The position numbers were made by a program, and so were the translations under genes. Source: Candidatus Saccharimonadales bacterium (lineage in GTDB: Bacteria; Patescibacteriota; Saccharimonadia; Saccharimonadales; UBA4665). From it: a DNA stretch of 64,000 nt. Below the pieces are notes generated by a model. That model was not told the origin of the DNA, did not search any database, and worked only from the letters and a program-made list of their open reading frames with translations. The DNA is taken from NCBI GenBank assembly GCA_035510355.1, contig DATKHF010000001.1, positions 3,661 to 67,660 on the forward strand, in the 5' to 3' direction. Positions 16,204 to 26,283 of this stretch are shown piece by piece (the first letter of the stretch is position 1; each line of letters begins with the position of its first letter).

Positions 16204-16559
16204 TAAAACTCCAATCCTTGTTTACGAGCAGCGTCAGCCAGAGCTTTTACGCGACCGTGGTACAACTTACCGCCTCTATCAAATACAACACGGTTAATTT
16301 TTGCAGCTTTAGCCAGCTTTCCAAGTTCATCTCCGACCCAGCTAGCCTGTTCCGTCAATGTACCAGTAGCGGTCTTCTTGCCAATGGTCGATGCGTAAAC
16401 AAGCGTCTTACTAGTCGTATCATCAATAATTTGAGCTATCACATGGTAATTACTTATATACACACTCAAACGAGGGCGTTCGGAAGTACCGGTTATACGA
16501 CCGCGAACACGCGACTTACGTAACCGTTGCTTCAATGATTTATGTGCCAATCTATCCAT
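16203..16559 (-). CDS. rplR: 50S ribosomal protein L18
   Basis: 118 aa; R.RVR..I.GT.ERPRLSVY.SN.H..AQ.IDD. Confidence 0.95.
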   Translation of the reverse strand: MDRLAHKSLKQRLRKSRVRGRITGTSERPRLSVYISNYHVIAQIIDDTTSKTLVYASTIGKKTATGTLTEQASWVGDELGKLAKAAKINRVVFDRGGKLYHGRVKALADAARKQGLEF

Positions 16560-16560
16560 C

Positions 16561-17100
16561 TTACTTTTCCTTACCAGACTTACCAGATTTACGAATAATA
16601 CGCTCGCCGACGTACTTGATGCCTTTGCCCTTATACGGTTCAGGTTTTTTGAGAGCGCGGATTTCGGCAGCTACTTGGCCGACTTGTTGCTTGTCAATAC
16701 CACTTATAGTGATAATGTTCTGTTCAACGGCTGCCGTCACGCCAGTGGGGATATTGTACGTAACATCATGTGAAAAACCAAGGTTAAGCCGCAAATTGGA
16801 ACCAGCGAGTGCAACACGGTAACCAACACCATTCAATTCTAATTTCTTTTCGAAGCCATGGCTGACTCCCACTACCATATTATTAACCAGTGAACGCATG
16901 AGTCCGTGTCGAGCTCGAATTTTCGGTAGATCACTACTACGAGTCACGAGGAACTCAGTATCAGCTTGAGTAAAGGTTAGATCTGGCAGCGTAAACTGTT
17001 TGAGCGTACCTTTTGACCCAGCAACGGTTATTTCATCGTTGCTGACAGTAATTGTCACGCCGGCTGGGATAGTGATCGGCTGTTTTCCTATTCGACTCAT
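16561..17100 (-). CDS. rplF: 50S ribosomal protein L6
   Basis: 179 aa; MSRIGKQPITIPAGV. Confidence 0.95.
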   Translation of the reverse strand: MSRIGKQPITIPAGVTITVSNDEITVAGSKGTLKQFTLPDLTFTQADTEFLVTRSSDLPKIRARHGLMRSLVNNMVVGVSHGFEKKLELNGVGYRVALAGSNLRLNLGFSHDVTYNIPTGVTAAVEQNIITISGIDKQQVGQVAAEIRALKKPEPYKGKGIKYVGERIIRKSGKSGKEK

Positions 17101-17112
17101 CTCGTTCCTTCC

Positions 17113-17514
17113 TTAATAAACCTTACAAATTAGTTCCCCACCAACGCCTTGCTGTTTGGCTTGGTCGCCAGTCATCATGCCTTTGGAGGTGGAGATTATA
17201 ACAATACCTCGTCCACGTTTAACGGTAGGGATATCTTTAGCGCCGGCATAGTGGCGTCGTCCCGGCTTACTCAGACGAACAATTTCTGTAATATGAGCGT
17301 TGCCATCCTTGTTACTGACTGAAAGTCGCAACGTTTTACCTACTGGAGCGTCGCTTACCGAAACATCATCAATAAAACCGTTTTGTTTTAGTAAATGTGC
17401 CACAGCCTCTTTGGCTTTGGAGTGCGGTAAATTAACTTGCGTTTTACGAACAGCAATAGCGTTGCGGATTCTGGTCAGCATGTCTGCGATAGGGTCTGTA
17501 GATACTTGTGTCAT
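17113..17514 (-). CDS. rpsH: 30S ribosomal protein S8
   Basis: Start moved to MTQVSTDPIADMLTRIRNA (ATG 17514, GGAGA upstream); ORF-track start 17532 would overlap rpsN. Confidence 0.9.
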   Translation of the reverse strand: MTQVSTDPIADMLTRIRNAIAVRKTQVNLPHSKAKEAVAHLLKQNGFIDDVSVSDAPVGKTLRLSVSNKDGNAHITEIVRLSKPGRRHYAGAKDIPTVKRGRGIVIISTSKGMMTGDQAKQQGVGGELICKVY

Positions 17515-17525
17515 AGGCTTTCTCC

Positions 17526-17795
17526 TTACCAACTCGATTTCGTTATGCCAGGTATTTCACCCTTGTTGGCGTGTTCTCTAAAACTGATACGACTAAGACC
17601 AAACTGACGCATGTAGGCCCGTGGACGACCGGTTTCAATACAACGGTTCTTCCAACGGGTTGGGCTAGAATTACGCGGCAACCTAGCTAGACCTTCAAGG
17701 TCACCAAGCTCTTTAAGCTCAGCTCGCTTGGCAGCATACTGTTGTATCATCTTCTGACGTTTTAAATCTCGTGCAATGATTGACTTCTTAGCCAT
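17526..17795 (-). CDS. rpsN: 30S ribosomal protein S14 (long form)
   Basis: 89 aa; MAKKS.IAR...R......Y...R..LK, ends ...GITKSSW. Confidence 0.95.
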   Translation of the reverse strand: MAKKSIIARDLKRQKMIQQYAAKRAELKELGDLEGLARLPRNSSPTRWKNRCIETGRPRAYMRQFGLSRISFREHANKGEIPGITKSSW

Positions 17796-18376
17796 TACTT
17801 ATTCTCCTTCTCAAACGGCATGCCAAGCTTCGTCAATAAAGCTCGACTGTGGGCTGGTTCGACCGCTTTAATTACAAACACAACTTGTAGCCCGTGAGCT
17901 GTCGTCGTTTCTTCAAAACTTAACTCAGGGAAAACTGATTGATCAACCAAGCCCAAGCTATAATTACCGGACATATCAAAAGCTTTGAGACTAACACCGT
18001 GAAAATCGCGGAGGCGTGGCAAAACAACATTAATTAAACGATCAAGGAACTCATACATGCGCTGGCCACGGAGTGTTACTTTTAGCCCGATCTTGTTACC
18101 TTCACGTAATTTAAAACCAGCGATGGAGTTCTTGGCGGCCGTCTGGATCGGCTGTTGTCCAGTAATCTTACGTAGCGTATTGGTGGCAGTTTCCATCATT
18201 TTTTTGTCATCTTTTGCTCGACCGAGTCCCACGTTAAGAACAATCTTTTCAAGTCGTGGCACTTGGTAGGGATTCTTGAGCCCTAGCTCTTTTTGCAAGT
18301 TCCGAACGTCTTTGTTGTACTTGGTTTGTAATCGAGCGACCGTTGAAACTACTTTAGTCGGTGTTGTAGTAGCCAT
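17795..18376 (-). CDS. rplE: 50S ribosomal protein L5
   Basis: 193 aa; [18 protein letters not shown]. Confidence 0.95.
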   Translation of the reverse strand: MATTTPTKVVSTVARLQTKYNKDVRNLQKELGLKNPYQVPRLEKIVLNVGLGRAKDDKKMMETATNTLRKITGQQPIQTAAKNSIAGFKLREGNKIGLKVTLRGQRMYEFLDRLINVVLPRLRDFHGVSLKAFDMSGNYSLGLVDQSVFPELSFEETTTAHGLQVVFVIKAVEPAHSRALLTKLGMPFEKENK

Positions 18377-18708
18377 TACTTAATCTCCTTGCCACTTGAT
18401 TTGTACACGCGAGTCTTACCACCATCGCCATCAAGTTTATAACCGATACGAGCTGGTCGTTTAGTCTCAGGATCTATAATACCGACTTTACTGACGTCGA
18501 TCGGACGCGTAAGTTCAACGATGGCTCCTTGCGGATGAGCACGGTTGGGTTTGACGTGTTTTTTGGCGATATTAATCCCCTCGACAGTTACTTTGTTCAG
18601 TCTTGGGTGCGTGGTTAAAATTTTGCCAGTTTGGCCCTTATACTTACCAGCACGAACCATAACACGGTCGTCCTTCTTTAATCTGATCTTATATATCTTG
18701 GCGTTCAT
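18376..18708 (-). CDS. rplX: 50S ribosomal protein L24
   Basis: 110 aa; KOW motif KKDDRVMVRAGKYKGQTGKI. Confidence 0.95.
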   Translation of the reverse strand: MNAKIYKIRLKKDDRVMVRAGKYKGQTGKILTTHPRLNKVTVEGINIAKKHVKPNRAHPQGAIVELTRPIDVSKVGIIDPETKRPARIGYKLDGDGGKTRVYKSSGKEIK

Positions 18709-19076
18709 TACAGAACCTCCGGTGCTAAGCTAATAATCTTGGCATACCCACGGTCACGTAGCTCACGAGGAACTGGGCCAAAAATACGTGTGGCTCTCGG
18801 CAGCTTATCATCGCCAATGATAACTGCAGCATTATCGTCAAAACGAATAGTCGAACCGTCTTTACGGCGAACCTGGTCCCGAGTGCGGACGACAACAGCT
18901 CGAACGACAGTCTTCTTTTTGACGGTACCGTTTGGGTTAGCGTCTTTAACCGTGGCCACAATGACGTCACCAACGCGGGCGTATCGCCGACGGGTACCAC
19001 CAAGTACGCGGATGCAAAGGATTTCTTTTGCGCCCGAGTTGTCACAGACAATTAGTCGTGATTCTTGTTGAATCAT
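18708..19076 (-). CDS. rplN: 50S ribosomal protein L14
   Basis: 122 aa; [23 protein letters not shown]. Confidence 0.95.
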   Translation of the reverse strand: MIQQESRLIVCDNSGAKEILCIRVLGGTRRRYARVGDVIVATVKDANPNGTVKKKTVVRAVVVRTRDQVRRKDGSTIRFDDNAAVIIGDDKLPRATRIFGPVPRELRDRGYAKIISLAPEVL

Positions 19077-19363
19077 ACCGAAGCCTCCGTATCAGTTACG
19101 GCTTTAACATCATCGTCATTTAAAGTTGGCCGCTCGATAATCTTTTCCAGCTTAAACCGTTTAGTAGCACTGATCGGTCGGGTTTCAACAATCATCACTC
19201 GGTCACCCTTAGCAGCTTCGTTTTTTTCGTCGTGCGCAGCGAAGTGCTTACTGACAGCATATTGCTTGCGATAAATCGGGTGGGTTTTACGGGTTTGGAC
19301 AGTCACAATGATAGTCTTATTAGGCTTATCAGACGTAACAATACCAATAAGTGATTTCGACAT
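19073..19363 (-). CDS. rpsQ: 30S ribosomal protein S17
   Basis: 96 aa; G.VTSDK..KTI.V.V......HP.Y.K. Confidence 0.95.
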   Translation of the reverse strand: MSKSLIGIVTSDKPNKTIIVTVQTRKTHPIYRKQYAVSKHFAAHDEKNEAAKGDRVMIVETRPISATKRFKLEKIIERPTLNDDDVKAVTDTEASV

Positions 19364-19563
19364 TACAGGTTCTCCTTTGTGAGTTGTTCGCCCAGGACAG
19401 TTAGCATACGGGCTAGATCTTTGCGTTTATTACGAATTATCCGTACATTTTGAACTTCACCAAGATGAATACGACGCCGCAGATCCGTGATTTCTTCACG
19501 AAGCGTAGTGCAATCGGTAGCCAGCTGCTTGGTTGATAATTTACGGATTTCAGCGACCTTCAT
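19363..19563 (-). CDS. rpmC: 50S ribosomal protein L29
   Basis: 66 aa; position and helical L29 pattern. Confidence 0.9.
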   Translation of the reverse strand: MKVAEIRKLSTKQLATDCTTLREEITDLRRRIHLGEVQNVRIIRNKRKDLARMLTVLGEQLTKENL

Positions 19564-19564
19564 C

Positions 19565-19978
19565 CTATGCGTCCTCTCTCACCAAAAACTTAGTCTTAAT
19601 AGGCAACTTATGAGCTGCTAAACGCATTGCTTCACGCGCTACAGCTTCACTCACGCCTTGCATTTCAAATAAAATTGTACCGGGTTTAACTTTAGCTACG
19701 AAAAATTCTGGGTTACCTTTACCGCTGCCCATTTTTACATCAAGTGGCTTCTTCGTAACTGGTGTATGAGGAAATATCCGAATCCAAATTTTACCACCGC
19801 GTTTAATGTAGCGAGTCATCGCCTGGCGGGCGGCCTCAATTTGTCGAGACGTAATTCGTTCGTGGCCTTGGGCTTGAAGCGCAAACTCACCAAACGCTAT
19901 GTAATTGCCACTCGTAGCAACACCTGTGATTCGGCCTTTGCGAACCTTGCGGTACTTAGTGCGTTTTGGGAGTAACAT
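19565..19978 (-). CDS. rplP: 50S ribosomal protein L16
   Basis: 137 aa; [15 protein letters not shown]. Confidence 0.95.
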   Translation of the reverse strand: MLLPKRTKYRKVRKGRITGVATSGNYIAFGEFALQAQGHERITSRQIEAARQAMTRYIKRGGKIWIRIFPHTPVTKKPLDVKMGSGKGNPEFFVAKVKPGTILFEMQGVSEAVAREAMRLAAHKLPIKTKFLVREDA

Positions 19979-19979
19979 G

Positions 19980-20612
19980 CTAGGCTACCTCTCCTTTATA
20001 TATCCAAACTTTAACACCGATGATACCGGCTGGAGTGCGAGCTGGTACGCCAGCATAATCGATATCAGCGCGTAGTGTATGCAGTGGGACAGATCCAGAA
20101 ATCTCTTTCTCGCGGCGTGACATTTCTGCACCATTTAAACGGCCCGCTACTTCAATCCGAATACCTTGAGCGCCGGCCCGCATGGTAGCAGCACTGGCGG
20201 ACTTGATAGCACGACGGAAACTCATACGTCGCTCCAACTGATGAGCAATATTTTCAGCAACCAGCTTAGCGTAGAGATCTGGCTTCTTGACTTCTTCGAT
20301 GTTGACTCTGGTTGGAACATTATAGATCTTCTCAATAGCGTCCTTTAATTCTTGAGCCCCTTGACCACCACGGCCAATTACAACACCAGCCTTTGCAGTA
20401 TTAATCGTAACCGTTGCGAGGTTAGGTGAACGCTCGATATCAACTTTATTAATAGCGGCCCGCGAACCCAGCTTATTTTGGATGAGCTTTCGTACTTTTA
20501 AGTCGTCACTCAAATACTTAGCGTAGTCCCGTTTCTTGCCCACGAACCACTTGCTACGCCAGTCTTTGTTGACTTGTAAGCGCATGCTTATTGGATTAAC
20601 TTTTTGTCCCAT
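19980..20612 (-). CDS. rpsC: 30S ribosomal protein S3
   Basis: 210 aa; MGQKVNP...RL....W.S.WF, KH domain. Confidence 0.95.
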   Translation of the reverse strand: MGQKVNPISMRLQVNKDWRSKWFVGKKRDYAKYLSDDLKVRKLIQNKLGSRAAINKVDIERSPNLATVTINTAKAGVVIGRGGQGAQELKDAIEKIYNVPTRVNIEEVKKPDLYAKLVAENIAHQLERRMSFRRAIKSASAATMRAGAQGIRIEVAGRLNGAEMSRREKEISGSVPLHTLRADIDYAGVPARTPAGIIGVKVWIYKGEVA

Positions 20613-21016
20613 TACTTCTTCTCCTCGGTCTTAGTTGAGCTTTTCGTTTCTGATTTCGCTACTGTTGGTTTCTTGGGTTGGCGTTTTTCACCATCAACAA
20701 CAACTCGAATATGGCTAGACTTTAGCTGATATGGTAATGCTCGGCCGCGAGCTGCTGGTCGGTAACGTTTTTGACGTGGACCAGGCATTACACTGATCTC
20801 AATAATGCTTAGGGTGTCAGGCTTATAATTATGATTATAATCGGCATTGGCTCGGGCACTTTCAATTGCTTTACGAACTGGTATAGCCGAACGACGAGGT
20901 GTGTGTTCAAGAATAGCCAGAGCATCCGCTACAGTGCGTCCACGTACTAGTGAAGCTACCACGCTAACTTTGCGTGGGCTCATTCGAACGCCTTTTGCTA
21001 TTGCTTGAACTGCCAT
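20612..21016 (-). CDS. rplV: 50S ribosomal protein L22 (basic C-terminal tail)
   Basis: 134 aa; RMSPRKV..VA.LVRG..V..AL.IL. Confidence 0.95.
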   Translation of the reverse strand: MAVQAIAKGVRMSPRKVSVVASLVRGRTVADALAILEHTPRRSAIPVRKAIESARANADYNHNYKPDTLSIIEISVMPGPRQKRYRPAARGRALPYQLKSSHIRVVVDGEKRQPKKPTVAKSETKSSTKTEEKK

Positions 21017-21021
21017 AATTC

Positions 21022-21294
21022 CTACTTACCTTTCGCTAACTTGCCACCATGATTGCGGAATTTACGAGTCGGGGAAAATTCACCTAGTTTGTGACCAACC
21101 ATATTCTCACTAATAAACACCGGTACATGAACCTTACCGTTGTGAACCGCAATAGTTTTACCGACAAATTCTGGTGTGATGGTTGATGAACGAGCCCAGG
21201 TCTTAATAATCGTGCGGTCTTCATTGCCAATAGCATTTACTTTCTTAGCAAGTTTGAAATCTACAAATGGTCCTTTTTTCAGTGATCTAGACAC
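21022..21294 (-). CDS. rpsS: 30S ribosomal protein S19
   Basis: 90 aa; [12 protein letters not shown]. Confidence 0.95.
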   Translation of the reverse strand: MSRSLKKGPFVDFKLAKKVNAIGNEDRTIIKTWARSSTITPEFVGKTIAVHNGKVHVPVFISENMVGHKLGEFSPTRKFRNHGGKLAKGK

Positions 21295-21296
21295 GG

Positions 21297-22151
21297 TTAT
21301 CTCCTCTTCGCCTGATGGCGAGTCCTTACAATAAACTTGGTAGTACTCTTACGACGTCGAGTCTTATAACCAAGTGTCTTCTGACCCCACGGTGTCTTTG
21401 GAGCTGAACCATGATTCTTACCACCACCAATACCGTGACGTCCACCATCACCACCACCGTGTGGGTGATCGGCCGCGTTCATGACAACTCCGCGGACGCC
21501 CGGGCGAATACCTTTATGCCGATTACGCCCAGCCTTACCGATCTTAATGTTCTGATGCTGTTCGTTACCAACTACGCCTAAACTCGCCGAACAATTGACG
21601 TTAATAAGGCGAACTTCACCACTTGGCAAACGCACCTGTGCATAATCTTCTTCTTTGGCAACTAGCTGGGCACTGTTACCGGCACTACGTGCTAATTGAG
21701 CACCACGGCCCGGCTGCAGTTCTACTGCATGAATAGTGCTACCAAGAGGAATATTTTTAAGTGGTAAGCGATTTCCAACTTCAATAGGTGCTTCTTCGTC
21801 ACTCATGATCTTTTGGCCAACTTTCATGCCTTGGGCTGCCAAAATGTAATGATACGATCCGTCAGTTTCTTTAAGACGTGCGATCCGAGCTGAACGGTTT
21901 GGATCATATTCAATTTGCTCAATAGTGGCGGTTGTTCCGGGTTGAAGCTTGAAATTCATAATACGGTAAAACTTACGAGCACCACCACCTTTATGCCGTG
22001 TTGTAATCCGGCCTTGGTTATTGCGACCATTACCGCGGTTCTTGACAGCTAGAAGAGAACGTACAGGTTTATTGGTAGTAATGCTGTCAAAGTCCTGCGT
22101 GGTCATGCCACGCTGACCAGGAGTAGTTGGCTTGTATGTCTTTATAGCCAT
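21297..22151 (-). CDS. rplB: 50S ribosomal protein L2
   Basis: 284 aa; [16 protein letters not shown]....YR, MN..DHPHGGG. Confidence 0.95.
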   Translation of the reverse strand: MAIKTYKPTTPGQRGMTTQDFDSITTNKPVRSLLAVKNRGNGRNNQGRITTRHKGGGARKFYRIMNFKLQPGTTATIEQIEYDPNRSARIARLKETDGSYHYILAAQGMKVGQKIMSDEEAPIEVGNRLPLKNIPLGSTIHAVELQPGRGAQLARSAGNSAQLVAKEEDYAQVRLPSGEVRLINVNCSASLGVVGNEQHQNIKIGKAGRNRHKGIRPGVRGVVMNAADHPHGGGDGGRHGIGGGKNHGSAPKTPWGQKTLGYKTRRRKSTTKFIVRTRHQAKRR

Positions 22152-22588
22152 TACTTGTCTTCCGTCTTTTTATGAGGCAAATGTAAGCCGCGACGGCCAG
22201 GCTTAGATTTCTTTTCAGCTTTCTCGGCCTGCTTTTCCATCGCTTTGCTAACTTTTTCTTGAGTAGCTTGCTGTTTTTCCTCGGCTTGTTCAACAGCTTC
22301 GAAGAACGGTAAACTGTCGCCCTCTTTCAGGGTAATATACGCCTTCTTTACGCTACTATCAGAGCCACGGTTAATACGACGGCCCTTTTGACTAACTGTT
22401 CGTTTTGCCTTGCCCTTGATGTTGGTAATGTTAACTTTAATAACTGTGACATCAAATTGGGCGGCAACTGCGCTGGCTACAGTATGACGATTAAGTGATG
22501 CTGGTATATCCAGAACGTAGACACCATTTTGGCTCATAGCGTAGGCCTTTTCACTCATACGTGGCTTCAAATACACTTGTTTGTCCAT
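22151..22588 (-). CDS. rplW: 50S ribosomal protein L23 (long Lys/Glu-rich C-terminal tail)
   Basis: Start moved to [16 protein letters not shown] (ATG 22588-22586 overlapping rplD stop as TAATG); ORF-track start 22609 overlaps rplD. Confidence 0.9.
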   Translation of the reverse strand: MDKQVYLKPRMSEKAYAMSQNGVYVLDIPASLNRHTVASAVAAQFDVTVIKVNITNIKGKAKRTVSQKGRRINRGSDSSVKKAYITLKEGDSLPFFEAVEQAEEKQQATQEKVSKAMEKQAEKAEKKSKPGRRGLHLPHKKTEDK

Positions 22589-23226
22589 TATTTTGCACTC
22601 CCAAGCCACTCATGAACTACGGTCAAAGCCTTTTGATTAATAAGAATTGTATCGGCGTTCATAATGTCAAAAACATTAAGATACTTGGCTTCAACTGATT
22701 TAACATTTGGCAGGTTATTGGTAGCTCGCTCAACAAGATTGTCTTTTACACTTACGGCGACAAGCACCTTACCTGAAGCCTCAACTTTTTTGAGCAGTTT
22801 ATGGGTTTGGCTAACCTTACCGTCCTTGCATTCAAACGTTTCAATAACTTTAATTCGGCCCTCATCGGCTGCCATGCTGAGGGCTTGACGAATTGCTTGG
22901 CGCTTTTGGACGAGTGGCAGTTTATGTGAATAATTCTCGAGGCCTGTTGGGCCAAATATAATACCACCACCACGCCAAATCGGGTTTCGAGACGATCCAG
23001 AACGAGCCCGACCCGTGCCTTTTTGCGGATGAGGTTTTTTACCACCACCACTTACAAGACCACGGGTCTTCGTGACAGCTAAGTTCTGGCGGCCATTGGC
23101 TAAGTAGGCGACATACGCTGCTTTTAGTAATTCATGGTTCTTGGGCATTACACCAAAAACTGATTTATCAAGCTTAGCTTCTGTGGCAGCTTTCGTACCA
23201 GCCTTTGTATAGGTTGCAATGGCCAT
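22588..23226 (-). CDS. rplD: 50S ribosomal protein L4
   Basis: 212 aa; G.GKKP..QKGTGRAR.GS.R.P.WRGGG..FGP. Confidence 0.95.
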   Translation of the reverse strand: MAIATYTKAGTKAATEAKLDKSVFGVMPKNHELLKAAYVAYLANGRQNLAVTKTRGLVSGGGKKPHPQKGTGRARSGSSRNPIWRGGGIIFGPTGLENYSHKLPLVQKRQAIRQALSMAADEGRIKVIETFECKDGKVSQTHKLLKKVEASGKVLVAVSVKDNLVERATNNLPNVKSVEAKYLNVFDIMNADTILINQKALTVVHEWLGSAK

Positions 23227-23837
23227 TACATAGCTCCCTTCAAGATAACAATACCTTTACGGGGGCCAGGAACAGCGCCAGTTATACCAATCACACTAAG
23301 TTCCATGTCAATGAGTGCAACTGTAAGATTCTTGACGGTTACTTGCTCGTAACCCATCTGCCCAGCCATTCGCTTACCCTTGAGGATATGCTGCGGGTAC
23401 ATAGAACCGATTGAACCAGGTTTTCGAGTGTTACCTTTACCACCGTGAGTTTTGCGCTGACGATGAAAATTGTGTCGTTTAATTGTTCCTGCCCAACCTT
23501 TACCTTTAGAGGTAGCGGTGACGCTCACCTGATCGCCGACTTCAAATGTGTCAACATTCAGCTGCTCGCCAACCTTTAGGTCTTCGCTGATTTCATCAAT
23601 CCGAAATTCACGTACGACCTTTGGGGTGGTCTTGCTGGCCTTAAAATGACCGGTTTGAGACTTGCCAAGCTTGGCCTTCTCAGTGCCCACCTGAACGGCC
23701 ATATAGCCGTCGCGTTCCTGGTCTTTTAGCTGAGTTATTACATTAGGATCCGCTGAAAGTAGGGTAATAGCCTGCACCACGCCATCTTCAGCGATGGCGC
23801 TCGTCATACCGACTTTACGGGTGATGAGTGCTTTCAT
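23226..23837 (-). CDS. rplC: 50S ribosomal protein L3
   Basis: 203 aa; M.A.I.RKVGMT, TSKGKG.AG..KRH.F. Confidence 0.95.
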   Translation of the reverse strand: MKALITRKVGMTSAIAEDGVVQAITLLSADPNVITQLKDQERDGYMAVQVGTEKAKLGKSQTGHFKASKTTPKVVREFRIDEISEDLKVGEQLNVDTFEVGDQVSVTATSKGKGWAGTIKRHNFHRQRKTHGGKGNTRKPGSIGSMYPQHILKGKRMAGQMGYEQVTVKNLTVALIDMELSVIGITGAVPGPRKGIVILKGAM

Positions 23838-23975
23838 TGATTCTTTCCCTACTTAGTTATGGCCGATACTGATCAAAGATTCGACATTAAAATACTTGGC
23901 CAAATGCGGTTTCTGCCTCTGTTGAGAGCAGACCTACGCTTGTACCAAGCTTATTAATTAAGAAAGTACCATAAC

Positions 23976-24005
23976 AGATTACCATGTCAGCATTACTTCT
24001 GTCAA
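23976..24005 (-). promoter_or_regulatory. Sigma70-like promoter for rplC...rpsI operon
   Basis: Minus strand TTGACA (24005-24000), 18 nt, TGgTAATCT (-10 at 23981-23976); about 135-nt 5' UTR containing hairpin CTGC-T-CTC/GAG-GCAG. Confidence 0.45.
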
Positions 24006-24018
24006 TTCGTTGCAAATT

Positions 24019-24492
24019 CTACAAGATGTTGAGAGCCTGAAGCGCCCGAATTCCATTCATGCTTTGCGAATGGAGCGGGCTCGGCAGTTTATCGATTTCA
24101 AACCAACCAATTTCATCAATCTTATAGGGTTCATTGTTTTTGGCTTGCTTCGGATCAACTTCTGCGGCATGCATAATACACACCCAATGGGTTGGCGTTC
24201 CGTCATCTAATGTACGGTGCACATCTAAATAGCCAGCGAACTGCAGTCGTTTGATGTCAGCGCCATACTCTTCCTTCACTTCGCGTCTGACCGCCTTTTC
24301 GAGTGATTCGCCGTACTCAAGGGCACCGGCACCATTGTCCCAATGTCCTTGTTCGTCTCGACAATTCGAACTTCGTTTGTGCATGAGGATCCGTCCCTTG
24401 CCGTCATGGCAGATAAATGCACAGCTTACTCCTATAAAATCAATACCTCGTCGCAAATCATTCTTACCATTAGGAAATCCTTTGCTCTTCAT
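24019..24492 (-). CDS. NUDIX hydrolase
   Basis: 157 aa; perfect Nudix box G-ALEYG-E-SLEKAVR-REVKEEYGA (GX5EX7REUXEEXGU); TATAAT (24504-24499) 6 nt before ATG. Confidence 0.85.
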   Translation of the reverse strand: MKSKGFPNGKNDLRRGIDFIGVSCAFICHDGKGRILMHKRSSNCRDEQGHWDNGAGALEYGESLEKAVRREVKEEYGADIKRLQFAGYLDVHRTLDDGTPTHWVCIMHAAEVDPKQAKNNEPYKIDEIGWFEIDKLPSPLHSQSMNGIRALQALNIL

Positions 24493-24563
24493 ATACCAAT
24501 TATATCAAGTCGACCAGTTGATATTAAATAACTGCTGAGTAACCCCAAATTATCTTCAAAGTG

Positions 24564-25340
24564 TTACGTGACAACTTTACGAACAGTGGCATACGGTTCT
24601 AATACGCCACCCCAATACGAGAATTCCGCTGATGAGGCTCGCCTAGTTTTGTATCCTTCCTCGGCTAAATCAACGGCGGACTGACGTCCGTGAAGAACCC
24701 GATAGAGTAATGACGTGTGATATCTAGCACTCGCCAGTACGGTTGATTCCTTGCTGGCAAGCTGACGGCCATTTCCGCCAGCGTTAACAATTGTTTCCGC
24801 AAGTAATCTATCTTCACCTGGCCAGACATGAGGCAATGCGAGCACTGACTCCAAGACTTTTTCATCAGAAAGCCTAATTGCCATATTATACCCAACCGGC
24901 ATCATTTCATCTGTACTAGCGGTTTCATGAGCTACTTGGCGAAGGCGGAAGTTCCGTACAAAGGTTACTAAAGGATGCGCATCAATTATCCCCGATCGAC
25001 CTGCGACAACTGACGCACCTTCTGGATCGAGCGCAGCCACCATAACATTAGGCCAGAGATGCGGGTAACGAGGAACGGAATCAGCATCTGTAAGTAATAT
25101 TGGGTCGAGTGCCCTCCTGCCTATATATCTCAGCCCCTCTTGAATAGCGGGGAGTTTGCCTGCTTCGGGAAGCACTAAAGGCGTTAACCCGTAGCTTCGA
25201 ACTACTGGTTCAGTGGCGTCACTAGACCCATTAACGACCACAAGAGGCTCGACTAAATCTTTATCGAGCGATGCCAGGGTACGTCCGATACTATTCGCTT
25301 CATTCAACGCAGGAATAATACAAAGGATTTGTTCGGACAT
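24564..25340 (-). CDS. Family 2 glycosyltransferase-like protein
   Basis: 258 aa; N-terminal ILCIIPALNEANSIGRTLASL and LLTDADSV (DXD) typical of GT-A/GT2 fold. Confidence 0.65.
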   Translation of the reverse strand: MSEQILCIIPALNEANSIGRTLASLDKDLVEPLVVVNGSSDATEPVVRSYGLTPLVLPEAGKLPAIQEGLRYIGRRALDPILLTDADSVPRYPHLWPNVMVAALDPEGASVVAGRSGIIDAHPLVTFVRNFRLRQVAHETASTDEMMPVGYNMAIRLSDEKVLESVLALPHVWPGEDRLLAETIVNAGGNGRQLASKESTVLASARYHTSLLYRVLHGRQSAVDLAEEGYKTRRASSAEFSYWGGVLEPYATVRKVVT

Positions 25341-25349
25341 AACGTCCTA

Positions 25350-25378
25350 TTAATACACTATTAAAAATGAATAGTAAA
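25350..25378 (-). promoter_or_regulatory. Candidate promoter for GT2 gene
   Basis: Minus strand TTTACT (25378-25373), 17 nt, TATTAA (25355-25350); AGGA SD before ATG 25340. Confidence 0.4.
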
Positions 25379-25429
25379 CAGTTTGCGCCACATGCGGCGA
25401 CATTAGGAGTTGAAATGTAAATCTACCAT

Positions 25430-25849
25430 CTACCTTGCGCTGAATGGGTCTGAGATCAACGGCAATAATACTTCATTGGCTTGGCCAGCCTTAACAATAG
25501 CTTTATTAAACCAGCTTAATTCAATCCCAGCTTGGTGTGCAAGAATAACCTTTTTGTTAAGCCCCAGCGCGTAACCAATTTCGGTCTGAACACCACTTGA
25601 AACATTTTCCTCTAAGAGTGCAATTAAACCGTCCGAGGATTGTAGACGCTTGACATCCAACCGAAAAGCTTCTCCCGGGCTGGCATCGTTAATACGATAT
25701 TCGTCTGCACGTAAAGCACAGAATACAGTATGGCCAAAGCTCTCAAGTTTAGTTATGTTTACTTCGAGCCATGCCTTGTATTCAGGGTTGACAATACCTG
25801 TGTGAGAATTAACATATGATGAGTAAGATGCTGCAACAAAAATATTCAT
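25430..25849 (-). CDS. Nucleoside 2-deoxyribosyltransferase-like protein (second NDT/Rcl-fold paralog)
   Basis: 139 aa; MNIFVAASYS..., ...SSDGLIALLEENVSSGVQTEIGYALGLNKKVILA resembles NDT-family catalytic-Glu region. Confidence 0.5.
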   Translation of the reverse strand: MNIFVAASYSSYVNSHTGIVNPEYKAWLEVNITKLESFGHTVFCALRADEYRINDASPGEAFRLDVKRLQSSDGLIALLEENVSSGVQTEIGYALGLNKKVILAHQAGIELSWFNKAIVKAGQANEVLLPLISDPFSAR

Positions 25850-25885
25850 ACAGGCTCAACAAATCATCTATACAAAATTTTCGTC

Positions 25886-26236
25886 TTACATCTTAATTTC
25901 GACGTCGCACCCTGCAGGTAAACTGAGGTTCATTAGCGAGTCAATTGTCTTCGGTGTTGGTTCAAATACATCAATAAGGCGTTTGTGAACACGCATTTCG
26001 AACTGTTCGCGGCCTTTTTTGTACACATGAGGACTTTTAACGACAGTGAAGCTATTGCGCTCTGTAGGTAGTGGAATTGGTCCAGCCAACGTGGCCCCAT
26101 TACGTAACGCCGTATCAATAATCTGCTTGGCAGCTTGATCAATCACTTTATGATCATAGGCTTTTAAGCGAATTCGTATTCGCTGTTTAGCGTCGGTAGT
26201 TGGTTTCTTTGGTGCGGGAGTTGTTGTTTCTGGCAT
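25886..26236 (-). CDS. rpsJ: 30S ribosomal protein S10
   Basis: 116 aa; [14 protein letters not shown].....I..TA...GA...GPIPLPT. Confidence 0.95.
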   Translation of the reverse strand: MPETTTPAPKKPTTDAKQRIRIRLKAYDHKVIDQAAKQIIDTALRNGATLAGPIPLPTERNSFTVVKSPHVYKKGREQFEMRVHKRLIDVFEPTPKTIDSLMNLSLPAGCDVEIKM

Positions 26237-26283
26237 AGAGTTCTATTTCGCTTCTAGGATCGCTGTTTTAAAAGCGGCTATAG

